Below are positions 19,792-29,923 of a stretch of 64,000 nucleotides of DNA, one piece after another (position 1 is the stretch's first letter; each line of letters opens with the position of its first letter). The stretch is from positions 1 to 64,000 of the IMG/VR virus record IMGVR_UViG_3300037961_005106. One strand, given 5' to 3'. Origin of the DNA: a virus. The position numbers and the translations under genes were made by a program. Under the pieces are notes generated by a model, which ran no database searches, was not told where the DNA came from, and saw only the letters and a list, made by a program, of their open reading frames with translations.

Positions 19792-21095
19792 AATATGCAG
19801 TGTTTTATCATGTCTTCCCAGGTGATAACTGGGAGGACATGTATCTAGAACAATTAGGTGCCCTCCTTGCAAGTAAGCTTTATGAACAACTGGATCATTT
19901 CTACATTGGGTTTAACGGCAGCCTTGACTTATTGTCTCTTCCAGGTAAAGCTATTGCGTGCGAGAATCAGAATAAGCAGGAGGAGACTGAGACGTTAGAA
20001 GCACTACATCAATGGTGCAAAGAGAATGATGATGCCGCTGTGCTGTATATGCACACTAAAGGTGTATCACGTCGAACACAATACACTGATGACTGGCGTC
20101 ATCTAATGGAATTTTTCTGTATTCATCAATGGGAAGAATGTCTCAATCGTCTTGTTTTAGGTGATACTGCATTGAAACCACCGTCAGATGTAGTCGGTGT
20201 TAACTGGCAAGAACAAACATCAATGGGTTATCACCCTCATTTCTCTGGTGGTTTTTGGTGGGCTAAGTCTAGTTATGTAGCTGGGTTATCAGATGAATAT
20301 CTAAAGCATCCCAATCGTTATTGGCGAGAGTTTTGGATTGGTACAGGAGAACCTATTGCTAGTAATTTGTGGGAAAGTAATTTAAATCGTATTGATAAAG
20401 CGATGCATTACACACAACCTTATGAGAAAAAATTGTATAGTAATAGATATTTAAACGAACAAGTGATGAAACAAAGAAACAAGTGGGAGGAACCTGATAC
20501 TGGCCTTGTCAAACTGATTGACAATTTAAATGTTAACGGATTTGAAGTAGCTGGAGGAACAGATAAAAATACAATCCATAACTACACAGGTATTTATGCA
20601 GAATTGTTAAAGCCTTATCGTGAGAAACAACGAGGCACTCTGTTAGAAATTGGCGTACAACATGGAGGATCTTCCTTGTTGTGGCATGAATATCTACCCC
20701 AGTTTTATTTGTTCCTTTCAGATATCCAGGATATTGTTCCTGATTCTATCTGGGATCAAATGGACCCTGATCGTTATGACTTCTATCAAGGTGATGCATA
20801 CAACGGAGGCAGCTTAAAAATGTTTTCTGATGAATGCGCAGAAGGATTTGATGTGATTATTGATGATGGACCACATACATTACAGTCACAAGTATTTGCT
20901 GTTGAGCATTATTACCCAATGGTTAAACCTGGTGGTGTTCTAATCATTGAAGATATCCAAGATATTAATCATGTCGATGTATTAACCGAAGCTGTACCAG
21001 AAGAAGAACGTAACAACATAAGAGTTTATGACAACCGCCCTAGTCGTGGTCGTTACGATGACATTATTTGGGCTATAGTTGCACCAGCCCGATAG
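19788..21095 (+). CDS. Fusion: putative glycosyltransferase-like N-terminus + class I SAM methyltransferase
   Basis: LYMHTKG and HFSGGFWWA N-terminal motifs; TDK...HNY, LEIGVQHGGS, IIDDGPH, GGVLIIED. Confidence 0.8.
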   Translation: MKYAVFYHVFPGDNWEDMYLEQLGALLASKLYEQLDHFYIGFNGSLDLLSLPGKAIACENQNKQEETETLEALHQWCKENDDAAVLYMHTKGVSRRTQYTDDWRHLMEFFCIHQWEECLNRLVLGDTALKPPSDVVGVNWQEQTSMGYHPHFSGGFWWAKSSYVAGLSDEYLKHPNRYWREFWIGTGEPIASNLWESNLNRIDKAMHYTQPYEKKLYSNRYLNEQVMKQRNKWEEPDTGLVKLIDNLNVNGFEVAGGTDKNTIHNYTGIYAELLKPYREKQRGTLLEIGVQHGGSSLLWHEYLPQFYLFLSDIQDIVPDSIWDQMDPDRYDFYQGDAYNGGSLKMFSDECAEGFDVIIDDGPHTLQSQVFAVEHYYPMVKPGGVLIIEDIQDINHVDVLTEAVPEEERNNIRVYDNRPSRGRYDDIIWAIVAPAR

Positions 21096-21153
21096 TCGAA
21101 GGGCTTTAACTTCTAGTACAAGATGTTCAAGACGGGACGGTTAAGGAATAAAT

Positions 21154-21178
21154 AGCGGGCTAGTCACCCGCTTTTTTG
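21154..21178 (+). terminator. Intrinsic terminator
   Basis: AGCGGG-ctagtca-CCCGCT followed by a T-run. Confidence 0.75.
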
Positions 21179-21206
21179 TTATCATTTAGAAAAGTAAATA
21201 CTTTTA

Positions 21207-21467
21207 GTGTCTTCTCGTAAACGTAATCTTAAACATCGGTATGGGATTACAGAACAAGAATATGATGAAATGGCAGCCGCACAAAATCATTGCTGCAAGA
21301 TTTGTAAGTGTAAACCAATTAAATCTTTGTACGTAGACCATTGCCATAGCACTAATAAAGTGCGTGGTCTTTTATGTCACAATTGCAACGTAGCTTTGGG
21401 CCATATGAATGATGACCCAAAACAATTATTAAATGCAGTGGAGTATCTTAGTTCTTGCGTAGCGTAG
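21207..21467 (+). CDS. Endonuclease VII-like (HNH) protein
   Basis: YGIT..Y..M...Q...CKIC...VDHCH....VRGLLCHNCNVALG. Confidence 0.85.
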   Translation: MSSRKRNLKHRYGITEQEYDEMAAAQNHCCKICKCKPIKSLYVDHCHSTNKVRGLLCHNCNVALGHMNDDPKQLLNAVEYLSSCVA

Positions 21468-21987
21468 CTTTAATCATCCAAGAAGATTTGAATGCATCTT
21501 CGATAAGTTCCCCACAATAATTTTCAATGTCGTAAGCTTCTTGCTTAGCCGCTAGCTTGGCAACCTTTTTGCAGTTCATTCCAAACTCTTCAAGGTTCTT
21601 ATAATAGACATAGAGCATTGATCCACCAGCATATGAATCAATATGATCAAATTTTTTATACGCACTAAACAAACCTTTGCAACACATTGGCATCATGAAA
21701 TCAAGAGAGCGCACCAATTCGCCAAGGCGATCCAGTTGTTCCTGGTGCTTCTCATATTGTTTCTTGGTGAACTTATGCACACCAAAAAAATTAGCTGCTT
21801 CGTAGTTGAAGTGTATCAAATGAGATTGCAACATGAGGTGCGCCACCTCACTAGAAAGATTGATGAGTTCATTGGCAAGTCTTCCTACGGGTTCACGCTT
21901 ACTCTTGGGCTGTGGATCATTGGATACTGGATCCTCTTGCCGCTCTACAGTTTGTTCAGGTTGTTCCAAAGGGATTCCACTATACAT
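21448..21987 (-). CDS. dps: Dps/ferritin-like protein
   Basis: HLIHFNYEAANFFGVHKF...Y......DRLGELVR matches the Dps H-W-N...F..LH..D..AER pattern. Confidence 0.7.
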   Translation of the reverse strand: MYSGIPLEQPEQTVERQEDPVSNDPQPKSKREPVGRLANELINLSSEVAHLMLQSHLIHFNYEAANFFGVHKFTKKQYEKHQEQLDRLGELVRSLDFMMPMCCKGLFSAYKKFDHIDSYAGGSMLYVYYKNLEEFGMNCKKVAKLAAKQEAYDIENYCGELIEDAFKSSWMIKATLRKN

Positions 21988-22198
21988 AGCCCAGCTATTA
22001 TATTGTTGTTTTCTATTCTACTAAGATAGATATGGAGGAGTTACGTGAGTTATTAGAAAAGAATGAAGACGATTACTTTCTTCTTCCACACTATGGATTA
22101 ATAGCTGATTGGTACCAAAGATATTGGCAGCTACATGAAGTTGTAGCAAAACATATAGAATATAATGAATATTACATACCAGACAATATAGAAAGAGA

Positions 22199-22420
22199 TT
22201 GAATCTATCGCAAAAAGAAAAGGTACTTTTAAGTTTTTTAGGAGTAATTTTTGCGTCTCAATTATTTTTCTTGGGTCATTCTTTGTTCTATTGCATGGAC
22301 CATGGCGGTCTAAAGGCATGCCCAGAAATGGGTAAAAGATTAGAGATGACATTTGCTGGACAAGTGGCTACTGTGTTAGCTCTCATTACAAACATCGGAA
22401 CCGGGAGGTCTAGTAAATGA
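22199..22420 (+). CDS. Small membrane protein
   Basis: Two hydrophobic segments flanking a Cys pair. Confidence 0.5.
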   Translation: MNLSQKEKVLLSFLGVIFASQLFFLGHSLFYCMDHGGLKACPEMGKRLEMTFAGQVATVLALITNIGTGRSSK

Positions 22421-22534
22421 AACCATTAAAACAATATAAAAAATTACAAACACTTAATGTAAAAGCTGAGCGTTGTTTATCGAGAGAAGAAGCTCAACGG
22501 CTTATTCGTAAAGCAGACAAGGCTCAACGTAAAC

Positions 22535-22717
22535 TTGACTTTGCTAATTACTGTGGATCAATACACAAGGGACAATTGGGAGAAAATTAAAACCCACCTT
22601 GAAGCGGTGGGTCAAACAAACAATATGTTTTATAAAAGAGCACAAGCTATTATTAATGATCAGTCTGATCCTTTGAAGCACCCGTCACTAACCACTGAAG
22701 ATCAAGAAGAGTCCTAA
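22535..22717 (+). CDS. Conserved cyanophage hypothetical protein
   Basis: DNWEKIKTHLEAVGQTNNMFYKRA...DP pattern. Confidence 0.55.
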   Translation: MTLLITVDQYTRDNWEKIKTHLEAVGQTNNMFYKRAQAIINDQSDPLKHPSLTTEDQEES

Positions 22718-23608
22718 GTTCAGCGTTGTGCCAGGCAATTTGTTTAACAATAGCTTCATTTAAAGCATCATAAATTTCTTGTGCGGTAAACATTTCTGTT
22801 GCCCCACAGATGATGTCTTCAAAGTCAGAGACAAGATCATTATTAATCATGGAGGGTAGCCATAAACTGCTCTCCTTTTTTTAATTCCTCCATGTTAATG
22901 AATTGTTCAATCGCATTTAAACGATCGAAATACATTTGACGACAAGTAGGACCAGCTTCTTTTAAACAGAAGTCTTGCCAAAGTCCAGTGTAAACACCAT
23001 GAAGAGGATGGTCTTTTGACTCACGCCCAGAGCACTTGTACATGTGTGCCATAAATGTTACTCTTTGCTGTTGCTCAGTAACATTCCAGCCCTGAAGGTA
23101 GGAAGTGTCCATCATTCACCAATTACTTCAACTGATTTTACATCGGTGAACAAGCCTTGCACGGTACCATTTCGCATTTCCCATAAAGAATCAATTAAAT
23201 CATCATGGACAATCTCTGCAAATTCTTTAGCGGTACGTCCTTGAAAAGGATCGTATTCAATTTCAATATCAACAGAGAATGTAATCTGAGCGATAGGTTT
23301 GGTCACTGATCAGTAAGTTACTTTTTAAAATTATATTACTTATCTAGTAAATGTTCTAGGTTATTTACCTTGGAATCTTGATAGTAACCTAAACGTGATT
23401 GAATGATGTTGACATAGTTAATAGCAGCATCAACAAGGTCTTCAGCATCAAGAGAAGAAGAGACGTGCTCATTAGCAAGCAGGCCAGCCACTAACGTGGT
23501 GACCTGCCATTCAAGCTTGTTACCAATTAAAGCCGGGAGAGGAGTGCCACCTTTCGTAAAATGATCGAGGATGTAGTAAATATGTTCCTCGTAATTTTTT
23601 GAATTCAT
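22653..23608 (-). CDS. Run of four small hypothetical genes (22653-22850, 22843-23115, 23112-23306, 23336-23608)
   Basis: Overlapping/coupled ORFs on the early strand. Confidence 0.6.
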
Positions 23609-23623
23609 GACACTCCTTTTCGA

Positions 23624-24070
23624 CTATCCTACCGCAACTTGCATGTAATACCAGTAAGCATTAGCTGCATTGTTGTGATAGCGCTTGGCCTTCATTAGCT
23701 TTAGTTTGTGTTCTCGAAAGTCATCTACCTTACTGTCGTTGTAAGGAACTTCCTGTTCGTTTTCCAAAGCAATTTCTTGATCAACAATTGTAAGTTGAAG
23801 ATCAATATCTTCTACTGCTTGGCGTGAACACTGCATACGCAACTCAGCATCTTTAATGTTTTTAGGTACATCAAGATTTTGATAGAAGCTTGCTTGTAGA
23901 TTTGGATGGTGTTTGATCCAGGATGATTCGAGTTCTGATGGCATAGTTTGGTACGATTTTGACTCCCGTGGGAAGTAGTTCACCTTTTTCGTAGGCGTTG
24001 AAAATGGCATCTGGATTAGGTATGGTTTCAAATTTAACCTTTTCGTCAGTGTACAAAACATCCCCATCAA
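23624..24070 (-). CDS. Hypothetical coiled-coil protein (true start probably internal)
   Basis: ORF track; N-terminus overlaps the upstream gene. Confidence 0.55.
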   Translation of the reverse strand: MMGMFCTLTKRLNLKPYLIQMPFSTPTKKVNYFPRESKSYQTMPSELESSWIKHHPNLQASFYQNLDVPKNIKDAELRMQCSRQAVEDIDLQLTIVDQEIALENEQEVPYNDSKVDDFREHKLKLMKAKRYHNNAANAYWYYMQVAVG

Positions 24071-24542
24071 TGTTTGTACAATCAGTTAAGGTTGTGGTCT
24101 TCTTCACCATAGCGTACTTGGTACGTTCGTCAGCAGACCAGTCATCAACAGCACTAGAAATTTCTAATTTATCTTTGACGGGTGAAATAGTAAATTCATA
24201 ATCTTTACCTATGAGCTTATTGTCTTTTGCAAAACCTCTACGCCTTAACTCCATAAGCATGGAACGCATAGAGTTAACTTGTGCTTGATGATGTTTGATT
24301 GCATCATCAATTTCCTTTTTAATTTCTTTGCCACGTTCTACTGCAGCTTCATTCTTTTTGATTTGATAGTAAAGACCATCAATTTTTCTAGAACGAAGAA
24401 GAGAACAAGCTTCTAGTTCAGCAAGAACTAACTCTTGAGATTCAGGTGTAAGAAAATCAAAGCTACTTTTTAATGCAGCATGATGTTGATACAACTCAAA
24501 TGTATTGAGCTTATCAAGTTTGGTTGAAGTGATCTGAGTCAT
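23871..24542 (-). CDS. Siphovirus Gp157-like protein
   Basis: KIDGLYYQIK coiled coil followed by a ...PNPDAI...GE.LPTGVKI C-terminus. Confidence 0.65.
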   Translation of the reverse strand: MTQITSTKLDKLNTFELYQHHAALKSSFDFLTPESQELVLAELEACSLLRSRKIDGLYYQIKKNEAAVERGKEIKKEIDDAIKHHQAQVNSMRSMLMELRRRGFAKDNKLIGKDYEFTISPVKDKLEISSAVDDWSADERTKYAMVKKTTTLTDCTNIDGDVLYTDEKVKFETIPNPDAIFNAYEKGELLPTGVKIVPNYAIRTRIILDQTPSKSTSKLLSKS

Positions 24543-24652
24543 GAGAAGAAAGAAGTGACATAGTTAATAGCAAAAGCACAAGCTGCTCCCATAGCTGCAT
24601 ACGCAACTTCACGGAACAAATCTGTAGCTACACCAAGAACGAAACCAAACAT
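24539..24652 (-). CDS. 37-aa hydrophobic peptide
   Basis: MFGFVLGVATDLFREVAYAAMGAACAFAINYVTSFFS*; lies right after a motif-A hairpin; ATGA-coupled to the next gene. Confidence 0.55.
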   Translation of the reverse strand: MFGFVLGVATDLFREVAYAAMGAACAFAINYVTSFFS

Positions 24653-24698
24653 TGAATGAAATGATAAAGGGTTGACGCTAGGGCTTACGCAAAGCTGC

Positions 24699-25634
24699 CT
24701 AGTTTTTTTTATTGAAGAAAGGTTTAAGTTGAGTTAATGCTGGAGCAGGGAAAGGAATGAATTCGTTTTCAAGCATAGCTTCAAACAAAGACCAAGCATC
24801 GTGTTGGCTATACCTTGTATCTTTGCGATACAGCTTCCACTTATTAAGAGGAGCCATTTGGCCAGACGTTGTGTAGAGAACTTGGAACTGACCAAGCTCT
24901 TGTCCTTCCCCTGGAGGAGCATACGACCAAGCTGTTGCCTTCTGACTCATCGTGCCACGTGCTGAATCAAATAGAGCAGCCCGTTTAGAAAGGAGTTCTC
25001 GCCAACGATTGATCCAAGTCAAGTGTTTACATGTAGGCTCATAGCCAGGGATTTCGGCTTGGATTTCTTTTAGGTGTAACTTTTGTTGCAAGAAAGAACC
25101 ACAAGAACATTGAGGAGAATGATCTGGTTCAGTGGCAACTTCATCTGAATCATCAATACTTAAGGGAGGATTTGGATATAAGACACCATCAGGTGCAACC
25201 AAATAGCCAAAAGAATAATCAGGATTTTCTAAGAAAGCTTTCATGCCTTCTTCGTTTTGAATGTGATCAAGTTTATCTCCCCAACGTTGTTGCATAATTG
25301 ATTGAGGTAAACGATATGATCCTTGAAATTGATAGTTCCAACCTTTGAATAAGACATAACAGTTGTTACGCCAAAAGCTTGGCCCCTTTAAATCAGGCCC
25401 AAGATATGAAAAGAAGTCAGGACAACGTGAACGAAAATCTTTGAAAGAATCTTTTACTTTTTGTTTGTCATATTCTTTTTCGGTTCCATCATTGTAAACA
25501 ACAACCAAGTTGTTATCAACCATACAAATAGCAGAGATATCTGTATCATCAAAGTCATCAAAGGCTCTTCTAATATTTGAACGGGAATAAATAATAGATT
25601 GACCAGAATTAAGTTGTTCAATAGTTGAAGTCAT
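24699..25634 (-). CDS. SWIM zinc-finger protein
   Basis: CSCGSF...x(n)...CKHL SWIM signature. Confidence 0.7.
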   Translation of the reverse strand: MTSTIEQLNSGQSIIYSRSNIRRAFDDFDDTDISAICMVDNNLVVVYNDGTEKEYDKQKVKDSFKDFRSRCPDFFSYLGPDLKGPSFWRNNCYVLFKGWNYQFQGSYRLPQSIMQQRWGDKLDHIQNEEGMKAFLENPDYSFGYLVAPDGVLYPNPPLSIDDSDEVATEPDHSPQCSCGSFLQQKLHLKEIQAEIPGYEPTCKHLTWINRWRELLSKRAALFDSARGTMSQKATAWSYAPPGEGQELGQFQVLYTTSGQMAPLNKWKLYRKDTRYSQHDAWSLFEAMLENEFIPFPAPALTQLKPFFNKKN

Positions 25635-25665
25635 GGTTAGAATGAGTTAAATTAAATTAGATTAA

Positions 25666-25872
25666 ATGGCACTGAGCTTTGAATCAAGTCCAGAAGAAGA
25701 GTTCTGGAGTGTACGAATGAATCGTCACATTGAAGACTGTAGCTCAGTCAGTGAATTAAAGCAGATCGCTACGTTGCTTGTCAAGCTTGCAGCGACCCGC
25801 CAGTGCGTGATCAAAGGTCTAGTAAAAGAATCACTAGACCGTATGGAATCAGAATTTATTATCGGCTCCTAG
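25666..25872 (+). CDS. nblA: NblA-like phycobilisome degradation adaptor
   Basis: 68 aa; S-x-E-E-E-F...I.....ELK.....L........IKGLVK helix-loop-helix pattern of NblA. Confidence 0.6.
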   Translation: MALSFESSPEEEFWSVRMNRHIEDCSSVSELKQIATLLVKLAATRQCVIKGLVKESLDRMESEFIIGS

Positions 25873-26838
25873 ATCATCACGAGATGAACTAAGAACTTGA
25901 ACTTCTGTTACTCCAGCACGAGATTCAGGAAGAATGTTTACTCCTTCCTTAATCCCATACGCCCCATTAAGACGACTAGCATCTTGCTTGGCATGTTGGT
26001 TAATGTAGTCATAGTACATCTCTTGGAATTTCCAAGTCGATTCACGATCTTCATCAGGAATGGAAAGCTTATCGAGAGAAGATAAAGCTACTTCCTGATT
26101 CTGATATTCAGGAATGTCAAATGATTCAACAGCGCAAATTTCAACGTTGTTGTTACCACGCATATCACCAGCAAGAGTGGGGCAAAAGACAGTTGTTGCG
26201 TGAAACTTCTCATTGAAATTTAAAGGCACTTCAGAATCCATGGCACGAGAAAGACACTTTGACATTTCTTTCTCATACAGTTTGATCTTCTCAGATAAAT
26301 CTGTACCATTAAGACCTTTAAGCGTTAAGACCATAGGGATCTTATGCGCACGTTTATTTTCTTTGGTAAGAATGTAAACAAGGTATTTAGTACGTACTGC
26401 ATACTTACGCTTGTACATTTCATTCTTACTATTAGCAAGATCAGAAGCAGTTTTATCTGCATCCCAAAGTTCTTTAACGTCAGGATCGTTAAAGATTCCA
26501 ATTATCTGACGCATGCCAGATGTTTCTTCGATCATTAATGGTGAACGAAGGAGGATTTGGAGTCGTGGTGATTGGAGGTTGAGGCCGAGTTCTTTGCTGG
26601 TGTTTGGTGGCATGCCAAATGCATGCTCGTAGTCAAAGATAATGGAGCCTTTGTCAAAGTCACTGGGATCTGCAGTCCAACTGCAAGAGTCAAGATCTGT
26701 GTTGCGAATAAACCAACCACGTTTCTTTGATTTGTTGAGAGGTTGAATAGTAATTAAATTTTGGTATCCAGAAACAAATTTTTTGTCGCTGAATAAAGCA
26801 AACGAATCAATGTTGCGTTTAGCAAGAGCGCTTGTCAT
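25849..26838 (-). CDS. Conserved cyanobacterial/cyanophage protein (DUF5895-like; possibly recombination)
   Basis: PRLQIL.RSPL...RTKYLVYIL...N...H.IP..LTLKG; adjacent to SSB. Confidence 0.5.
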   Translation of the reverse strand: MTSALAKRNIDSFALFSDKKFVSGYQNLITIQPLNKSKKRGWFIRNTDLDSCSWTADPSDFDKGSIIFDYEHAFGMPPNTSKELGLNLQSPRLQILLRSPLMIEETSGMRQIIGIFNDPDVKELWDADKTASDLANSKNEMYKRKYAVRTKYLVYILTKENKRAHKIPMVLTLKGLNGTDLSEKIKLYEKEMSKCLSRAMDSEVPLNFNEKFHATTVFCPTLAGDMRGNNNVEICAVESFDIPEYQNQEVALSSLDKLSIPDEDRESTWKFQEMYYDYINQHAKQDASRLNGAYGIKEGVNILPESRAGVTEVQVLSSSRDDLGADNKF

Positions 26839-26914
26839 AGTGAATTCGTAGTGTGTTCGGTGTGTGAAATCTGGGCCTTACCTCTATAGAGTGCCCAGAT
26901 GTGTGTAGCTTAGC

Positions 26915-27778
26915 TCAGAATGGTTCCTTTGAGTCGTTGATGTTTAGATTGTTGTCGGGCAAAGGAGGTAAACCATTTGTGTTTGCTCCCCATGGCTCAG
27001 CAATTGCCATTGGTTCTTTAGGTTCCGCAATAGCTGCCTGATGAGGTGACTCAGGTGTTGTTGATTCTGCAGTGCGTCCACCCCATAAAGATTTAGGTGC
27101 AGAGTCATTAGCAATTGTTGTTGTTGATTTGATTGCGTTAGAAGTAACATCAGTCTTAGGTGCCAATGTCATTTGTTTCATTTGAATCTTTGTGTTGTAC
27201 CGTTGTTGTTTTGAATTGTGATCAAACCAACTATCAGTTACAAGCTGCCCCTGGATGGTAATACCAGTTCCTTTCTTGCAAAGATTAACCAAAAGCTCTG
27301 CCGGTTTAAAAGCATCATCAACTTTATTCATTGATGTGAAGTTAAACAAGTCAGCAGCCATTTTGCCCTTGGTAACAGTCATACTCATATTGGCAATCAT
27401 CAAACCACTGTCAGTTGTTTTGAATGTCATTGGATTAGTAACATCAGGATCTTTTGCAATCCGGCCTGTCAAGATAACTGAGTTATAAATAGGGAATGAA
27501 TCATCAACAACAGCAGGGTTACCACTGTGTAAAGAATGCTCACGTGCTTCTAAATCATGATGCAGTTTTGCACCATAGATAAACAAACAAGTTCCTGCTT
27601 TGATTAGTGAACGCCAGCGAGCCTGGTCCTGATAGATGTGATAGTACACCTCTGTTGGTGCTTTATTTGCACTAACAGGAGGCAGTTGTACTTTTACTTT
27701 CAAAGCAGTACGAGAGGAATCCAAATAGATTTCTTTCGGTTCTTCAGTCGCTTGAGCACAAACAAAAACTTGATTCAT
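26915..27778 (-). CDS. ssb: Single-stranded DNA-binding protein, apparently two tandem OB folds
   Basis: MNQVFV..A...P and NSVILTGRIAKDP...KKG..I.I.GQL..DSW; C-terminal EPF tail. Confidence 0.8.
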   Translation of the reverse strand: MNQVFVCAQATEEPKEIYLDSSRTALKVKVQLPPVSANKAPTEVYYHIYQDQARWRSLIKAGTCLFIYGAKLHHDLEAREHSLHSGNPAVVDDSFPIYNSVILTGRIAKDPDVTNPMTFKTTDSGLMIANMSMTVTKGKMAADLFNFTSMNKVDDAFKPAELLVNLCKKGTGITIQGQLVTDSWFDHNSKQQRYNTKIQMKQMTLAPKTDVTSNAIKSTTTIANDSAPKSLWGGRTAESTTPESPHQAAIAEPKEPMAIAEPWGANTNGLPPLPDNNLNINDSKEPF

Positions 27779-27833
27779 GATTTTAAAGTTGGATCAGAAA
27801 AGCTAGGACTTACATCGTAAGAATGCCTAGTAA

Positions 27834-29696
27834 TCAGTGTGTATCGTACCAGGTATAACCAGTCTTGGCATCACCTTCAATCTTGCATTGAAAGTTAAAT
27901 GCTTCACCAGCAGCAGGAAAAGCATTCAAAGCAAGACGAATAATTTCATTTTCAATGCCTGGTCTACAGCTCAATTGAATTTCGTCATGAATCATTCCGT
28001 GTTGATGCCAGTCTTGTCCATAGACTAAGCCAGCACTACTGAGATTCTTATGGATATTAATGACAACTTGTTTCATTAAAATTGCACCACAAGATTGCAA
28101 CAAAACATTTAAAGCTTTGAAATCAGAGCGACAATAAAGAGGACGCTTATCTAAACCAAGAAGATAACCACGACCAATTAAATTCTCAGCAAGTTTATTC
28201 TTTAGTTTTTGTAATGCTGGCACACCATTCATGAACGATTGGATAGCAGCTTTGCCTAATTGTTTAAGGGCATCAGGATCCTTTTCATTAGGATCCACGA
28301 TGCTACCTGCCTTAAGAAATCCAGCTCCATAAAGAACTGCATAAAGAAGTCGCTTGCTAATATCTCTAGTTTCAACACCAAACTTTTCTTGGTTATAAGT
28401 ATGGATGTCTACTGAATCATCAGTAACCATTTGTCCATACTCTCCATCATCCCAGAATGCTAAATACCCAGCAAGACAACGTAATTCCAAGGCTTTAGCA
28501 TCAGAACCAATAAGGATCCAATCGTCAGGAGCATGAAATAATGAACGGCATTCCTTTCCATATGGACTATAAGCTGCGGGAATTTGAGCAGTATTTGGGT
28601 TGCGGTGGCTACACCGGCCAGTAATACAACCATTAGTAACCACGTCGCCGTGAATATAACCATCGGGAGAGACAAGCTTGATCCAAGCGTTGTTGCCATC
28701 TTTAATTTGACCTAACCGTTTCTTAAGTAACATGTATTCTGCCAGAGGTTTAGCTTCTGGATATGGAAGTTTTTCTAAGACATCGTCATTTAATACAGGG
28801 TTACCCTTCTCAGTTCTTGTCTCAGGAATCCAACCGTATTTATTCTTTAAACGCTGAACAATTTGTTGACGTGATCCTGGATTAAACTTCTCTATTCTTT
28901 TCTTACAAAAGGGTACGTCTTTTACATAGCCACGGGAAGCATTGTTTACCTTGGGAGTAAACCATTCCTCATGTTCAATTGGTGGAAAAAGATTAACTAA
29001 TTCTGTTTCGAGTTTTGTTTTGAGATGCTCAAGTTCATCCACAAAAGCAAGAGCTGCATCAATATCAAAAGGAAAACCTGATCGAATTTGTCTCTCAATA
29101 CATGATGCAAAGGTGTGTTCAAGTTCGAGACAAGTTGTTGCGATTGTTTGCTTTTGGATGTGCTCAAGTAGTTTTGTTGTGACATTGACGTCTTGAATAC
29201 AGTAGGACAACATCTCTTCAGAAAAAGCCGAGAAATCTTTAAAGTCGATCTTGTAGTCGGATAACCTGTAACCCCAAGCTTTGAGTGAAGCTGACCCTTT
29301 GAGTCCACCAGGCACACGTGTGTATGAATTTGTATCTGACTCAAGTAACTTTTCTTTCGGCCAAATGAGTCGTGTGCAGATGAGTGTGTCGATGACATGC
29401 TGTGTGTTTAGTTTGAAGTTGGGAGCTAGCTTTTGTAAGACAGGAATGTCGTAGAAAATTATATTGTGTCCGATAAGAGCATCGGCGCTATTGAGAGAAT
29501 CAATAGCATCATTAATAGTATCAGGCCCGTAAGTAAAAGTTTGTTGTCGTGTGACATCGTAGATAACGATGCAGAAGATTTTAGTAACATCATCATAGAG
29601 TCCGTCAGTTTCTATATCGAATACATACCATTTATCATTTAAAGAATTTGGCTTCAGGCTGAACTGATAACTCTTTTGAAGCGAGGTTACTGTCAT
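27834..29696 (-). CDS. polA: DNA polymerase family A, T7-like with 3'-5' exonuclease (Tyr at the E. coli 762-equivalent position)
   Basis: FDIETDG, GHNIIFYD, YCIQDV; motif A DAKALELR, motif B RDISKRLLYAVLYG, motif C HDEIQ. Confidence 0.95.
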   Translation of the reverse strand: MTVTSLQKSYQFSLKPNSLNDKWYVFDIETDGLYDDVTKIFCIVIYDVTRQQTFTYGPDTINDAIDSLNSADALIGHNIIFYDIPVLQKLAPNFKLNTQHVIDTLICTRLIWPKEKLLESDTNSYTRVPGGLKGSASLKAWGYRLSDYKIDFKDFSAFSEEMLSYCIQDVNVTTKLLEHIQKQTIATTCLELEHTFASCIERQIRSGFPFDIDAALAFVDELEHLKTKLETELVNLFPPIEHEEWFTPKVNNASRGYVKDVPFCKKRIEKFNPGSRQQIVQRLKNKYGWIPETRTEKGNPVLNDDVLEKLPYPEAKPLAEYMLLKKRLGQIKDGNNAWIKLVSPDGYIHGDVVTNGCITGRCSHRNPNTAQIPAAYSPYGKECRSLFHAPDDWILIGSDAKALELRCLAGYLAFWDDGEYGQMVTDDSVDIHTYNQEKFGVETRDISKRLLYAVLYGAGFLKAGSIVDPNEKDPDALKQLGKAAIQSFMNGVPALQKLKNKLAENLIGRGYLLGLDKRPLYCRSDFKALNVLLQSCGAILMKQVVINIHKNLSSAGLVYGQDWHQHGMIHDEIQLSCRPGIENEIIRLALNAFPAAGEAFNFQCKIEGDAKTGYTWYDTH

Positions 29697-29919
29697 TTTT
29701 GTTAATCCAATTGAGTATATTCATAGCACCTGTCTTGGTTGGAGAACAAAATGCTTTTGAAATTTGAGAGTCTTTTGTTATTGGAATTAACTCAAAGACT
29801 TTGGCATCAACGTTGGGAGTGATTGCATGAGGTATCCCTTTCAAATATGTAGTAATTAAGTACGACACAAAAAGAATTGCAGGACACATAAATAATACGC
29901 ATCCTGCAAAAAAGTGCAA
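29635..29919 (-). CDS. Hypothetical protein with N-terminal TM segment
   Basis: ORF track. Confidence 0.5.
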   Translation of the reverse strand: MHFFAGCVLFMCPAILFVSYLITTYLKGIPHAITPNVDAKVFELIPITKDSQISKAFCSPTKTGAMNILNWINKNDSNLASKELSVQPEAKFFK

Positions 29920-29923
29920 CTAA

